Assembly: GCF_963921235.1 (NCBI RefSeq)
Contig: NC_086108.1
Span: forward strand, 14,570,001-14,634,000
Source of the DNA: Mobula hypostoma
Lineage: Eukaryota
Length of the DNA: 64,000 nt
Direction of reading: 5' to 3'
Numbering within the stretch: position 1 is the first letter of the stretch; each line of letters starts with the position of its first letter. Below, piece by piece: positions 24,363 to 38,030 of this stretch. Below the pieces are notes generated by a model. The model ran no database searches and was not told the DNA's origin. It worked only from the letters and a program-made list of their open reading frames with translations. Both the position numbers and the translations under genes were made by a program.

Positions 24363-25050
24363 GTTCAAAGTAATGTTATTATCAAAGTACTCATATGTCA
24401 CCATCTATAACCCTGAGATTTGTTTTCTTGCGGGTATACTCAGTAAATCCAAGAAACTGAGAATCAATGAAAGATTGCACCCAACAGGACGGACAGACAA
24501 CCAATGTGCAAAAAATGACAAATTATGCAAATGCAAAATAAATAATCATAATAAATAAACAAATAATAAATATCGAGAGCATGAGATGAAGAGTCCTTGA
24601 AAGTGAGAGCATAGGTTGTGGGAACATTTCAATGCTGGGCGAGTGAAGTTATCCCCACTGGTTCAAGATCCTGATGGTTGAGGTGTAAAAACTGTTCCTG
24701 AACCTGGTGGTGTAGGTCCTGAGGCTGTTGGCAGTAACATGAAGAGAGCGTGGCCTGGGTGCTGGTGGTCCTTGATAATGGATATTGCTTTCATATAGAG
24801 GTGCTCAGTGACGGGAAGGGCTTTACCTGTGACTGGACCATATCCACTACTTTTTTTCCGTTCACGGGCATTAGTATTTCTAAGCCATGATGCAACCAGT
24901 CAATATACTCTCCACCACACATCTATAGACGTTTGTCTAAGTTTTAAATGTCCTGCCGAATTTTCGCAAACAGCTAAGGAAATAGAGGTGCTGCCGTGCT
25001 TTCTTCATAATTGCACTTACATCTGGGCCCGGGACAGATCCTCCAATTGC
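24363..25050 (-). mobile_element. Rex1/Babar-like LINE 3' fragment
   Basis: gttcaaag tail and aactgttcctgaacctggtggtg, shared with 39950-40400. Confidence 0.7.
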
Positions 25051-26899
25051 ACAAGAGGGTGTTGAGGCCAATGTCTTGAAGCCTAGTGATTAGTTTTTAG
25101 GGGGTGATAGTGTAGCAGTATGGAGGAACTGAGAGATCTTAGGATCCACGTTCATAGATTCCTCAAAGTTGGCGTGCAATTTGATAGGGTTGTTTAGAAG
25201 TCGTATGGTGTGTTGGGGTTCATTAGTCAGGGGATTGAGTTCAAGAGCCATGAGATGATGATGCAGCTCGATAAAACCCTGCTTATACCACCTTGGTTAT
25301 ATCAAGGAAAGTCAAAGCTATTGTAAAAGCAAAAGAAAGGGCATATAACAAAGCAAAGATTAGTGGGAAGTTAGAGGATTGGGTAGTTTTTAAAAACCTA
25401 CAGAGAACAACTAAAAAAAAACATCAGAAGGGAAAAGATGAAATATGAAAGCAAGTTAGCAAATAATCTCAAAGTGGATAGTAAAAGTTTTTTCAATTAT
25501 GTTAAAAATAAAAGAGAAATGAGAGTGGATATAGGACCGCTAGAAAATGAGACAGGAGAAATAATAACAGGGGCAAGGAGATGGCTGATGAACGAAATGA
25601 GTATTTTGTGTCAGTCTTCACTAGCAGTATGCCTGATATCATAGTCTGTAAAGGAAGATAAATGGGTGCTGTTACTGTTGGAAAAGAGAAATGTCTAATA
25701 CAAGGAATCATAATTTTAAGGTGATCGGAGCAATGTAGAAGGGGGATGTCAGAAGTATGTTTTTGTACAGAGAGGTTAAGTGTTTGGAAACCTCTGCCCT
25801 GGGTGGTGATGCATTAGGGTCATTTAAAAAACTCTTAGGTAGGCACACGGATGATAGAAGAATGGAGGACTATGTAGGAAGGGAGGATTAGATTGATCTT
25901 AGAGTAAGCTAAAAGCTATACTAAGATTTATCTAACCCTTACTTCCTACATAGTACAACGTCATGGTCCCAAGAGCCTGTACTGTGCTGTATTGTTCTAT
26001 GTTCTATCATTGGGCTGGTGGGTGTATACTTAATACAACAGCTAAATCCAAGAAAGTTTAACTCAGGTTCACAGACATCCACTTACAGAGGGTAATACCA
26101 TTATACTTAGTTGGCGCAAATCAACACCAGTGCAAAGCAAACAAATCTGTAGCTGGAAGTGATATGCCATGGTCTTTATTTCCATAGAGTGACACAGTAT
26201 GAAAACAGACCTCTTAGCCCAGGCCAACCAAGTTATCTGCCTGAGGTAGTCCCAATTTCCTGTGTTTGGCCAATTCCCTCTAAATGTTTCCTATCCGTAT
26301 ACTTGTCTAAAAATCTTTTAAACACTGCAATTGTACCTGCCTCTGCAATTTCCACTGGCAGCTCATTCCATACAAACACGGCCTTCTGTTTGAAAAGGTT
26401 ACCCCCTCAGGCCCTTTTTAAATCCTTCCTCTCTTCTCATACAATGTATGGTCTCTAGCCTGAGACTCCCCTACCCTTGGAATAAGACTGTCCATCCACT
26501 TTATCGATGTCATTCATGATTTTATATATAAGGTCACCCCTTAACCTTTCACACTCAATGGTAAAAAGTCCTTGCCCATCCAGTCTTTTTTTGTAACTCA
26601 AGGACTTCAGTCCCAGTAACATATCTGTGAGTAGTTTCTACATCCTCTAAGCCTAACCTCATCCTTCCCATAGTAAGGAAAACAGAACTGTACACAATAT
26701 TCCAGCTGCGGTCTCACCAATAACTTGCAAAAATATGACAAAATGTTTCAGCCAATGTACTCAAAAGCAAAAACCCCAAATGCTGCAGTTGTCAACTTGG
26801 TACATACTTTTGCTATGCTTTACAACTTGTCACTCTCTTCCTAATGATCCATTCCAGTATTCAAAATGTTAACAATTGATCATGGTCTTGACATCTCAG

Positions 26900-27240
26900 T
26901 GTAACACCCTGCAATTAAAAAAGTAGTAATTTGCAATGTCACAAGCTATAATTCACAGTGTAACACTTGTAATTAAACAATGTCATACACTGTTATTCAC
27001 AATGCCACACTGTAAAACAGTGTCACATGCTGTAATTCAGTGTTTCATACTGTAGTTCACAGTATCACAGTCTGTAATTCACAATGCCACATACACATTA
27101 ATTCACACTATCACACAGTGAAATTCGTACTATTACACTCCCTAATTCACAGTGGTACACTCTGTCATTCGCAATGTCACACTGTAATTCATAGTGACTC
27201 ACTCTGTCATTCACAATAACAATTGTTATTCCCTATGTCA
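26900..27240. repeat. Degenerate ~20-bp tandem repeat (TGTAATTCACAGTGTCACAC-like)
   Basis: Many adjacent variant copies. Confidence 0.8.
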
Positions 27241-27299
27241 CTAACCTAACAGAAGTTTGACAAATTATGAGAGGTACATATATGGACTGTTGCCAATGG

Positions 27300-28066
27300 T
27301 AAACACAAGAGATTCTGCAGATGCTGGAAATCCAGAGTAGCACACACAAAATGCTGGAGAAACTCAGCATCTATGCAGAGGTTAAACAGTCAGTGTTTCA
27401 GGCCAAGACCCTTTATCATGACTGGAAAGGAAGGAGGAAGAATCCAGAATAAGAAAGTGTGGGGAGGGGAAAGAGTACAGGCTGGCAGGTGATAGGTGAA
27501 GCCAGGTGAGGGGAAAGGTAGGTGAGTAGAGGAGGGGGAATGAATTGAGAAACTGGGAGGTGATAGTTGGAAAAGGTGAAGGACTGAAGAAGATAGGAGA
27601 AGAGAATGGACTATGGGAGAAAGAGGAGGAGGATAGGCACCAGAGGAAGATGATAGGTAGGTAAGGAGAAAGGATAAGAGGAGAGGCTGAACAAATAGAG
27701 GTGGGAAAGATTGCTACAAATTAGAAGTGTCGTTGTTCATGTTGTCAGGTCGGATCCTACCCAGACAGAATACAGAATTGTGGTTGTAGTGAATTTAAGT
27801 TCCACTCTCCATTCTTATTCTGATATGTCTGTCCATGGCCTCCTTTACTACCACAATGAGGCCACTCCCAGGTTGGAGGAGCACTATATCAAATTCCATC
27901 TGTGAGCATCCAACCTGAAGGCATGAACTTCAATTTCTGGTCATTTCTCCTCCTTCCTTCTCTTTTTCCGTTCCCCATTGTGACTCCCCTCTTACCTGTT
28001 CTTTTCTCCTCACCTGCTTATCACCTCCTCTGGTGCCCCTCTTCCTTCTCTTTCTCCCATGGTCCA
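27300..28066. mobile_element. Penelope-like element remnant with internal inversion
   Basis: Minus-oriented terminal repeat 27300-27430; plus-strand GIY-YIG C-terminal remnant SDMSVHGLLYYHNEATPRLEEH. Confidence 0.75.
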
Positions 28067-28129
28067 TGCTATGTTTTGTAACTCCAGAAACCAATCAAAA
28101 GAAAAAGCTCAGGAGCTGGGATTCACTTG

Positions 28130-28221
28130 ATTCATAGACGCTGCCTGACCTGCTGAGTTCTTCCAGCATTTTATGTGTGTTGCTTTGAATTTCTAGCATC
28201 TTCAGAATTTCTTGTGTTTAT
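28130..28221 (+). mobile_element. Penelope-like terminal fragment inserted in the Gypsy LTR
   Basis: TSD GATTCACTTG at 28120-28129 and 28222-28231. Confidence 0.8.
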
Positions 28222-28484
28222 GATTCACTTGTCAACTTTGTTTTTCTTTAATGAGGTGCTTTAATATGACGTGGTGGTATAGTGACTTATGCCATTCACA
28301 TACTTCTTACATGTAACCCATAATGAATTATGTAAACAAACAGAATGCGTAATCAAACAATATATTTACAGTATTAGTCAAATATTACTGAATTATTGAA
28401 TACACTGCACTCCTCCCTGCTTCTCTAGAAGCTCCAACTCAATATGGAATGTATCTCAACTCAAATATGTAATGTACAATATGC

Positions 28485-29715
28485 AACACATAAATATGAT
28501 CTAAAATATGATCAGATCTTCATGCAAGTCTTAAAGCTAGATAAAGAGAACCTAAAACTAGATAAAAACATCATACTTGTTCATTTATTTATTGAGAAAA
28601 ATGATCCAATATTACATGCATTTGTTGGAAAAAGTATGTGAACCTCTGGGGTAATGCCTATTTGGAGTCAGGTGTTCCAGTCAATGAGATGAGATTGGAA
28701 GTGTGGGTTGCAGAGGTCCCCTGCCCTATAAAAAAGATATACAAAGACAGGTTACTAACAGAGCCTGCCCTTTTCAAGAAAGATCTGTTTATATACACCA
28801 TGTCTCAATTAAAGCAACTTTCAGAGGACCTTAAAAAAAGAATTGTAGTGATGCATGACACTGGAAAAGGCTACAAAAGCACTCCTAAGACCAGAGTGTT
28901 CATCAGTCCACAGGTAGAGAAATTGTCTACAACTGGAAGAAACTCAGTACTCTTGCTACTCCCCCTAGGAGTGAATATCCTGCAAATATCACAACGTGCA
29001 ATGCTGAAGGAGGTGAAAAAGAACCCAACGGTAACAGCAAAAGACTACCTGTATGTTCTACAATGCTCTGGGACAATGTTCTTTGGACAGATGAGACAAA
29101 AGTTGAACTTTTTGGCAGAAATGCACATTGATATGTTTGAAGGGAAAAAGGACACTGCACACCAACATGAAAACCTCATCCCAACTATGAAGCATGCTGG
29201 AAAGAGCATCATGGTTTGGGACTGCTTTGCTCTCTCAGGGCCTGGACAGCTTGCAATCGTTGAGGGAACCATGAATGCAAAATTGTATCAAGACACTTTA
29301 TAGGAGAATGTCAGGGTAGCTGTCTTTCACCTGAAGCTTAATAGAAGTTGGATAATGCAACAAGAAATGATCTGAAGGACAAGAATAAATCAACAACAGA
29401 ATGTTTTAAAAAGAAGAAAATTTGTGTTTTGGAATGGCCGAGTCAAAGTCCTGACTTCAGTCCTATAAAAACGTCAAAGTACCTGAAGCAAACAGTTCAT
29501 GTAAGGAAGACCAGCAACATCCCAGAGTTGAAGCAGTTTTGTACAGTGGAATGGCCTAAAATTCCTCCAAGCCGATGTGCAGGACTGATCAACAGTTACT
29601 GGAAACATTTGGTTGAAGTTATTGTTGTACAATGGGGTCACACCAGTTACTGAAAGCAATGGTTCATATACTTTTTCCAACAAATACATGTAATATTGGA
29701 TAATCTTTCAACATG
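28485..29715 (+). mobile_element. Decayed Tc1-like transposon within the Gypsy element
   Basis: LSEDLKKRIV..GKGYK HTH, KHAGKSIMVWDCF, WPSQSPDFSPI; frameshifted. Confidence 0.88.
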
Positions 29716-32261
29716 TATTTACAATGTGGAATAATGTCTTTCCTGACAAGAGGGATCACTCTGCTTGGCAGGTGAAACTTGTGGCTGTATCTCAGATTCA
29801 GGGGCTTTCTCCGTGGTGGTTGTGGGAGTTGACTCTGGGACTGCAGGAAGTGATTCTAACAGCTCTGGACACTTCTCTTCTCTCACAACTGACTCTGCTC
29901 AACTGATCGATGTGTCATCTCCAGATGACATCAGACACAATTTCCACTGTGTAGGAGTATGGTCCAGTTCTTTCCAAGTACCCACTTTTGATCACCTCTG
30001 TCCTTTGTTAGGACTGCTTGTCCAGGAGTGAAAGATTGAATCTCCTTGTTTGAGGAGCCCTCAATTTGCCTCAGCTGTTTGTCTTGCATACTCCTCTCAG
30101 ATTGGGTTTGAGGAGATCCAAGCATGAGCACAAAGGATGACCTAGGAACAGCTTTGCTGGTGAGTTGTTGGTTGTGGAGTGTGCTTTATTGCAATATTCG
30201 AAGAGGAAATTAGCAAGCTTCTGCTTCCATTTAGTGTGTTCTGCTGACATTGTTCAGAATGTGTTCTTTAGATGCTGGACAAACCTATCTGCCAAGCCAG
30301 GGGTGGTATGGTGCAGATGTAATAGGTCTGATTCCATTTATTTTCAGGAATGACTGAAACTGTTCTGTAATAAACTGTGGTCTGTTGTCACTGATCAAGT
30401 GTTCTGGAACACCGGTCCTTGAGAAGAGGCTTCTGCACACAGTAACAGTGTGCGAGACTGTAGTGCAGGCTATTAGGAACACTTCTGGCCACTTTGTAGC
30501 TACATTCACTACTATCAAGAAACTTGTGCCCATTAATGGTCCAGCAAAATCCACATGAATCCTCTGCCAGGGCAACGCAAGCCATTCCCAGGGATGTAAA
30601 GGTGCTGTTCTTGCATCATCTGGACATGTTGGCATCCCGGACAGTGCGTAGCAATCACCTCCATCTGCTGATCTATCCGAGTCCACCAGACAAAGCTTCA
30701 ACCAAACACCTTCATTTTGACAACACCTAGATGACTGGCATGCATCTCCTCCAACACTTAAGCTCTCAGCATGGATGGTACTGCAACTCTCAATCCCCAC
30801 ATAAGGCAAGCCCTGTTAAGGGCAAGTTCACCCCAGCACTGATAAAAATGAGGGAACTGAAGTTTCTGCTGCATATTCCAGCCATTTTGAGTTGTCACGT
30901 AGACCGGAGCCAGTGTGGAGTCTTTTCTGGTTTCCTTTGACTTATCGCTGCAGCAATAAGACGACTTTCGATTTGCGTTAGAGAGAATATGTCAAGAGGA
31001 GAGTCCTCTGTTGCAAATTTTCAAGGTAGTTCCTTTTCCAAGAGTAAACAGGACAATCCATCAGCATTTCTGTGATTAGTCATCCTCTTGATTCAGTCTT
31101 GTAATTGTTTCTTCCAAGAAACGGAGTCTATCTCTGCATTTATGCTGCTGCTGTTAGTGGAACACCCCTCTACGGATTGAAAATGGACACCAGTGGTTGA
31201 TGCTCAGTAATGAGGGTAAACTCTCTCCCATACAAGTACTGTTGAAATGATTTGCACCCCAAACCAGACTCAAGGCCTCTCTGTCAATCTGTGCATAATT
31301 TTTCTCTGCAGTAGTAAGGGAACTTGATGCAAAGGCTATGGGGCATTCACTTCCATCACGTGACATTTACAGGTGGTTGCTGTAAATAACGATGGATCCG
31401 AGCTCTCTGGAAATTTACTAGCTCATCCTACTGAGGCCCATTTTAAAATCAAACATTATTTCAGCCAGATTGACAAATTCAACTATTTTGGAAAACCTTG
31501 AAGAGGAACTGGCTCATTTACAACCACAGCAGCAGCAGCAAATGAAGCAGTTGATCACGAAATTTCGGGACTTGTTCCCTGATGTTCCAAAAAGAACAGC
31601 AGTAGCCTCACACGATGAGGCTACCATAAAGCGAGGCATCACAAGCAAGCTTCACTGGATGATGTGTACCAGAATGTGGGTTAGGTGTCTGACGTTACCA
31701 TTTACTTCACTTTTTGGAAAGCCACCTTACGATGCTTTGTCCACTGCTATTTCTTCCAGATCTGTAGTAATCAGTTCAAGGAGTGGAGCAGAGTAGCCAG
31801 GTTTGGCAGGAACCAGTTATAGTAATTGAGAAATTCTAAAAAGACTGCAACTGTAACATACTGTTAGGCCTTGGGGCATCCATTGCTGTTTGAATTTTCT
31901 CAGCGCACTACTGTAATTCTTGTGCATCAGTGGTGTGACCATAGTAAGTGATGCTTAGTTTAAAAAATTCACACCTGTCATGTTGTACTCTAAGCCCATA
32001 ATCTGTTAATCTTTTTTAACACTTTATTGAGATTTTGAAGATGTTTCTGGACAGTCTGATCCTTAGCTTTCTGCCAGAGTACAGGTGTGAATGCTACTCC
32101 AAAAATAAGCCAATTTTTATGATAAAAGCCCTTTGTGAGTGTTTATCGTGAGAAACACTTTGGACTTTTCTTTCATCTACATCTGTAGGTAGGCCTTAGC
32201 TTAGTCCACTTTGCCAAAGTGTTTCCCTCCAGAAAGGTTTCCAAAGATATCCTCTATCCAG

Positions 32262-32383
32262 ATCGGGCAGCATCCGTGGAAACGTTCACTGATCATTTCC
32301 ATGGATGCTGCCCGACCTGCTGAGTTCCTCCAGCGTGTTGTGAGTGTTGCTTTGACCCCAGCATCTGGAGATTATTTTGTGTT
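32262..32383 (+). mobile_element. Young Penelope-like mini-element with a short inverted 5' end
   Basis: TSD TATCCTCTATCCAG at 32248-32261 and 32384-32397; same subfamily as 19659-19860. Confidence 0.85.
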
Positions 32384-34764
32384 TATCCTCTATCCAGGGC
32401 AGATGCTATTGATCTAATTTCAGTACTGGGTATTTGGTGACTTAAAATCACCACAAATCCTGATAGACCCATCCTTCTTGGCTACTCAGACCACTGGCTT
32501 TGCCCATGAGCTCCACTCAACCTTGGAAAGAATTCCTTCAGTTTCCATGCAATCTAGCTCACTGACTACTTTATTGCAGATGGTTTAAGGATCTGGACAG
32601 GCTTTGTAAAGCTTGGGTGTGGCATTTCATTTAATAGTATTTTATCCTTGCGATGTCTGAGATTTCAAATGTCATCCTTGAACCATGCTGTGGTACTATC
32701 GAGTACCTTTCTTAATTCATTTTCAGTTGACTGTGTTGCAGGGAATGTGGTATACAAATGGTGGATGGATCCCCAATCAAGTTGTAGTTGTCTCAGCCAA
32801 TCTCAAACCCACAAGCCCTCCTGTTTTTACCACATACAGACCTTGTTGATTGTTGTATTTCACGGTTACAAAGTCATTCCCACAGGAGATACAGTATCTT
32901 TTTCCAGTATAAGTTGTTAGTTGGATACCTGCAGGCTTCAGTTCAGTATCTTTGAACTGCTGTTCAAACTCATTTTGTAGAATGACTGGAATAGCTATTC
33001 CTGTGTCCATTTCCATTTTAATTAATTTGCCATTCACTTCTGGTGTAAGCTATATTGCTTGTCTCTTATTACTTTTCTCAAAGCTACGCAGTCCTGTGTC
33101 ACACTTACCATAATCAGTTTTTTTATCAACAGCATGCAGATTAGTGCTCTCTTTAAAACTCCAACTTGACTTATCTTTCTCCCTGCCCAACATGCTCTTT
33201 GTATGTATCCTACTTTGTTGCATTTCCTGTTCAAATTTCACCTTTAAACCTGCATTAGTCTAGTGTATATGAGACCCTGCCACAATGGTAACACAATTTA
33301 TTTGAACAAGCAGGTTTCTGTTTAGACATTACAATTCTGTTCACACTCACTTTCATTCCTGACTGTAACTCACTTGCATCTCTGTCTGCTGTTTCCATTG
33401 ATACAGCAATTTCAAGTGCTCTTTTAAATGTGAGTTGTGCTTCAGTTAGGAGCCATTTTTGATTGCTTTCTTTATCCAGTTTTTGGAAATAGGTGAAGAT
33501 CTGATCACATTTTAGGTCATATTTATGCACCACTATACATTGATTGAACACACACTGCCAAGTTAAACTAATCCCCTCATGATCCATATCCCTCCATTTT
33601 CTGCATATTCATGTTCTACTTGCATCCATTTAAACACCTTACCAAATCTTTTTCCACCGCTCCCTTGCAGCCTGTTTCAGGTGACCACCTTACGCTCACT
33701 GTGTAAGAAAACTTTCACCCCTCACCTTTAATGCATGTGATCTAGTACTTGGCATTTCTGCTCCAGGAAAAATACCTTTCTATGCCTCTCAAAATCCCAT
33801 CAGGTTACCCCTTCAGCTTCTGACACTCCAGTGAAAATAACCCAAGTTTGCCCAACCTTTCCTTACAGCTCATGCTCTCTAATCCAGGCAGCATCCTGGT
33901 AAACCTCTTCTGCACCCTCTCCAAGTCTCTGTATTGTTCCTATAATGGGCAAACCAGCATTACACACAATACTCCAAGTGCGGCCAAACCATATAGTTTT
34001 ATACGGCTGTAACATAACTTCCTGACTCATAGTCTATGCCCTGACCAATGATGGCAAGTATGCCTTACACCTTCTTTACTCGTCTACCTGCTTGTGCTGG
34101 CACTTTCAGGGAGCTATACTTAGACACCATGATCCTTTTGTACAATGATGTTGTTAAGGGTTTATGTCCTTATCCTTTTTATTTCATCTCCCAAAGCACA
34201 ACACTTGCCCTGATATAACTCTGCCTATCATTTCTCCACTCGTACTGGGGTGCCATAGTAACGTAGCGGTTAGCTCAGGGCGCCGGAGTTCGGAGTTCAA
34301 TTCTGGCATCCTCTGTAACCAGGTTTGTACACACTTCCCCATGCATGTGGATTTCCTCCAGGTGCTCCAGTTTCCTCCCACAGTCCAAAGACATACTGGT
34401 TAGTAGGTTAAATCACTGCTTGGTGAGCCAGGAGAGTCTGTTCTGTGCTGTATCTATCTCTAAATAAGAATAAAATATCAGTAACTGATCTATGCCTACT
34501 GTAAACTTTGATGGCCTTTTTTACACTCCACAGCTCTGTCAATTTTTGTGTCAAACTACTGTCCTCAATATAATTGCTTTGTTTTGGATATCACACTGTC
34601 ATTTTTTTGTTTATTCCTATTTTCAGTGTAACTTCATTTTTCAGGATATCCCAGTGTTTCTAATGTCTTATTATTGGCACTGTGTCACACTGTATTCTCC
34701 ATTTATCTCCATTGGTCTCAGTCACATTGTTGTTCTCAATGTTCATAGTGTTCTCAATGCCATT

Positions 34765-37556
34765 GCAAAAAAGGAGGACTTCATGGAGGAATTATCTACT
34801 GAGTCAGTGTGAATGGAAGTCAGAAACAGGAAGGGATAAATCACTCTTTTGGGAGTATTTTACAGGACACCCCCCACCCCCCCCCGCCCCCGATTGCAAT
34901 AGTCACTGAGGAACAAATTGGAAAGTAGATTTTGGAAAAGTGCAAAAACAACAGGGTTGTTGTCATGGGAAATTTCAATTTCCCCAATATTGATTGACAC
35001 CTCCTTCGTGGAAAAGTTTTCCATGTGTCAGAATTTGTCAGGTGTCCAAGAAGGATTCCTGAGGAAATGTAGACAGGCTGACTAGAGGAGAGGCCATACT
35101 AGATCTGGTACTAGGTAATGAACCAGGTCAGGTGTCAGATCTGTCAGTGGGTGAGCATTGCAGAGACAGTGACCACAACTTCCTGACCTTTACTATATCC
35201 TTAGAGAAGGATAGGAGCTGATGATATAGGAAAGCAATTGGGGGAAGGGGAATTATAATACTGTTAGGCTGGAACTTGGGTGCATAAATTTGAAACAAAT
35301 ATCCTCAGGGAAATGCACAACAGAAGTGTAGAAGTTCTTTGGGGAGTGCGTACATGGGTTCTGGATAGGTTAATCCCGATCAGGGAAAAGATGGTAGGGT
35401 GAAGGAATGATGGCTGACAAAAGATATGGAACTTTTAGTCAAGAGGGAGAAAGAAGCTTACTTAGTTTAGGAAGCAAGGATCAGGCAGGCCTCTTGAGAG
35501 TTATGAAGTAGCCAGGAAGGACCTGAAGATTGGACTTAGCAGAGCTGGAGGGGGACATGACAAGACTTTGGCAAGTAGGATTAAGGAAAACCCCAAGGTG
35601 TCTACAGGTATGTAAAGAACAGGAGGATGACTAGGATGAGGATTGGATCAATCACAGAGAAGAGGAAACATGTACCTGGGGTTGGAGGAGGTAAGCAAGG
35701 TCCTTAATGAATCCTTTGCTTCACTATTCACCAGTGAGAGGGATCTTGATGTTTGGGTGGACAGCGTAAAACAGGCTGATATACTAGAATATGTTGATGT
35801 TAAGAAAGAGAATGTGTTGGAACTTTTGAAGAACTTTAGGAAAATGTCCCCCGGGTCAGACACAATGTATCCCAGGTTAGTACAGTAAGCAAGGGAGGAG
35901 ATCGCTACGCCTTTGTGTCCTCACTGGCAACAGGAGTAGTGCAAGATGATTGAAGGGTGGAAAATGTAATTTCTTTGATCAAGAAAGGAAGAAAGGATAA
36001 CTGTGAATTACAGACCAGTGAGTCTTGCTTCAGTGGTGGCAAATTATTGGAGAAGATTCTTAGAGACAGGACTTACATGCATTTGGAGAAGCATAATCTG
36101 ATTTGGGATAGTCAGCATGACCTTGTGAGGAGCAGCTGGTGCCTCACAAGCCTAACTGAATTCTTTGAGTTTGGGACAAAACACATAGATATAGGCAGAG
36201 CAGTGGATGTGTTGTGTATGGATTTTAGTAAGGCATTCAATAAGGTTCCCCATGGTAGGCTCATTCAGGAAGTCAGGAAGCAAGGGACCAGAGAAACCTG
36301 GCTGTATGGATTCAGACAACACACACAAAATGCTGGGGGAACTCAGCAGTCCAGACAGCAACTATGGAAGAGTACAATCGACATTTCAGGCCAAGACCCT
36401 TCATCAGGAACACTCATTTCTATTGATGCTGCCTGGCCTTTGGAGTTTCTCCAGTATTTTGCGTGTGTTGCTTGGATTTCCAGCATCTGCAGATCTTCTC
36501 TTGTTTGTGTGTGGATTCAGAACCAGCTTACCAATAGAAGGCAGAAGATGGTTGTAGATGGAACGTTTTAGACCAGAAGGTCCGTGACTGCAGGTATCTC
36601 TTGTGGCACCCCTACTCTTTGGAATTTTTATAGATAACTTGGAAGAGGAAGTGGAAGGGTGGGTTAGTAAGTTTGCAGATGACATGAAGATCGGTGGTGC
36701 TGTGGATATTGTAGATTGTCAAGGGTTACAATAGGATATTGATAGATGCAGAGCTGAGAAGTGGCAGATGGAGTTCAATCTGGAAGAGCGTGAAGTAATT
36801 CTTTTTGGAAGGTTGAGTTTGAAGGCAGAATACAGGGTTAATGGCAGGACCTTACCAGTGTGGAAGAACAGGAGGATCTTGGGATGCCTGTCCATAGATC
36901 CCTCAAAGTTTCCTCGCAAGCAGGTAGAGTTGTTAAGAAGGCATATGGTGTGTAAGCCTGCATTAATTGACAGATTGGGTTCAAGAGCTGTGAGGTCATG
37001 TTGCAGCTCGATAAAACCCTAGTCAGTTTCCATTTGGAATACAGTGTTCAGTTCTGGCAGCCTCCTTTTGGGAAGGTTGTAGAAGCTTTAGAGAGAGAGT
37101 ACGGAGGAGATTTGCCTGAATTGGAGAGTACCTCTTATGAGGATAGGTTGATTGAGCTAGGGCTTTTCTCCTTGGACCAAATTAGGATGAAAGGTGACTT
37201 GATAGAAGTTTGGAATATGATGAAGCATGGATCAAGTGTATAGCTAGAAGCTTTTACCCAGTGCAAAAATAGTTAATATGAGGGAGCATAATTTTAAGGT
37301 AATTGGAGGAAAGCATGGGAGGGATGTCAGAGGTACGTTTTTGTACACAGAGGGTAGTGGGTCTTTGAACATGTTGCCAGTGATGCTGGTAGAGGCCAAT
37401 ACATTAGGAAAATTTAAGAGACTCTTAGGCACATGGATGACAGAAGATGGAGTGTCATATGAGAGGGCAAGGTTCGATTGATCTTAGAGTAGGTTAAAAG
37501 GTTGGCACAATATGTGGGCCAAAAGTCCTGTACTGTGCTGTAATGTTCTGTGTTCT
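34765..37556 (+). mobile_element. CR1 LINE ORF2 (endonuclease, RT, 3' tail)
   Basis: MDFSKAFNKVPHGRL, FADDMK, LGLFSL, ttctgtgttct tail. Confidence 0.9.
36317..36507. mobile_element. Palindromic Penelope-like mini-element within CR1; hammerhead core on the minus strand (~36376-36411)
   Basis: TSD TGTATGGATTCAGA / TGTGTGGATTCAGA; minus strand CTGATGA-AGG-GTCTTGG-CCT-GAAATGTC. Confidence 0.8.
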
Positions 37557-37559
37557 AAT

Positions 37560-38030
37560 GTTACCAGTGAGGCTTAATTGGTCTTGGTCAATCTGTTGTT
37601 CTCAATGTGATTCTCGTGATGTCACTGAGATGCTATTGTTCTTAATGTCACGTTGCCGTTCTCAATGTAATTTCATTATTCTCAATGTTACACTGCTGTC
37701 CTCATCATCTCCCTGCTATCAACATCATGCTGTTGTTCTCATTGTCATATTGTAATAATCCATGTCATGCTGTTGTTCCTCACCTGTATCATACTATTGT
37801 TCTGTGTCACACTGTTGTTCTCAATGAGATGCTGTTCTCAGTGTCACACTTTTGTTCAAAATAGACACCATTCTCAATATCACACTGCCCTTGATGCCGC
37901 ATCATATTTTTCAGTGTCTTATTTATTTCTGCAAAATTACACTTTGTGTATTTCCATGAGACACTCTGATGTAATGATTGTGATCCTCTATCAGAATATT
38001 GAACAGTAGCTCTCCCCATCATTACACTGA
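37560..38030. repeat. Degenerate ~20-bp tandem repeat (CTGTTGTTCTCAATGTCACA-like); related tract at 34555-34760
   Basis: Repeated ttctcaatgtcacactg variants on both sides of the CR1. Confidence 0.7.

Larger units (their letters stand above)
28067..33470 (-). mobile_element. Gypsy LTR retrotransposon (K02A2.6/Mag-like), decayed, with nested insertions
   Basis: Zinc knuckle remnants, protease MEMDTG, RNase [20 protein letters not shown], integrase PWQRIHVDFAGP..SDNRPQF; probable 3' LTR ~28067-28409 with polypurine tract 28410-28425. Confidence 0.85.

Noticed and set aside
28638..29653. Functional or domesticated Tc1 transposase
   Set aside because: Frameshifts, internal deletions and a damaged DDE motif.
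35957..36571. 204-aa ORF as a novel protein
   Set aside because: Chance fusion of CR1 RT frames with a PLE mini-insert.
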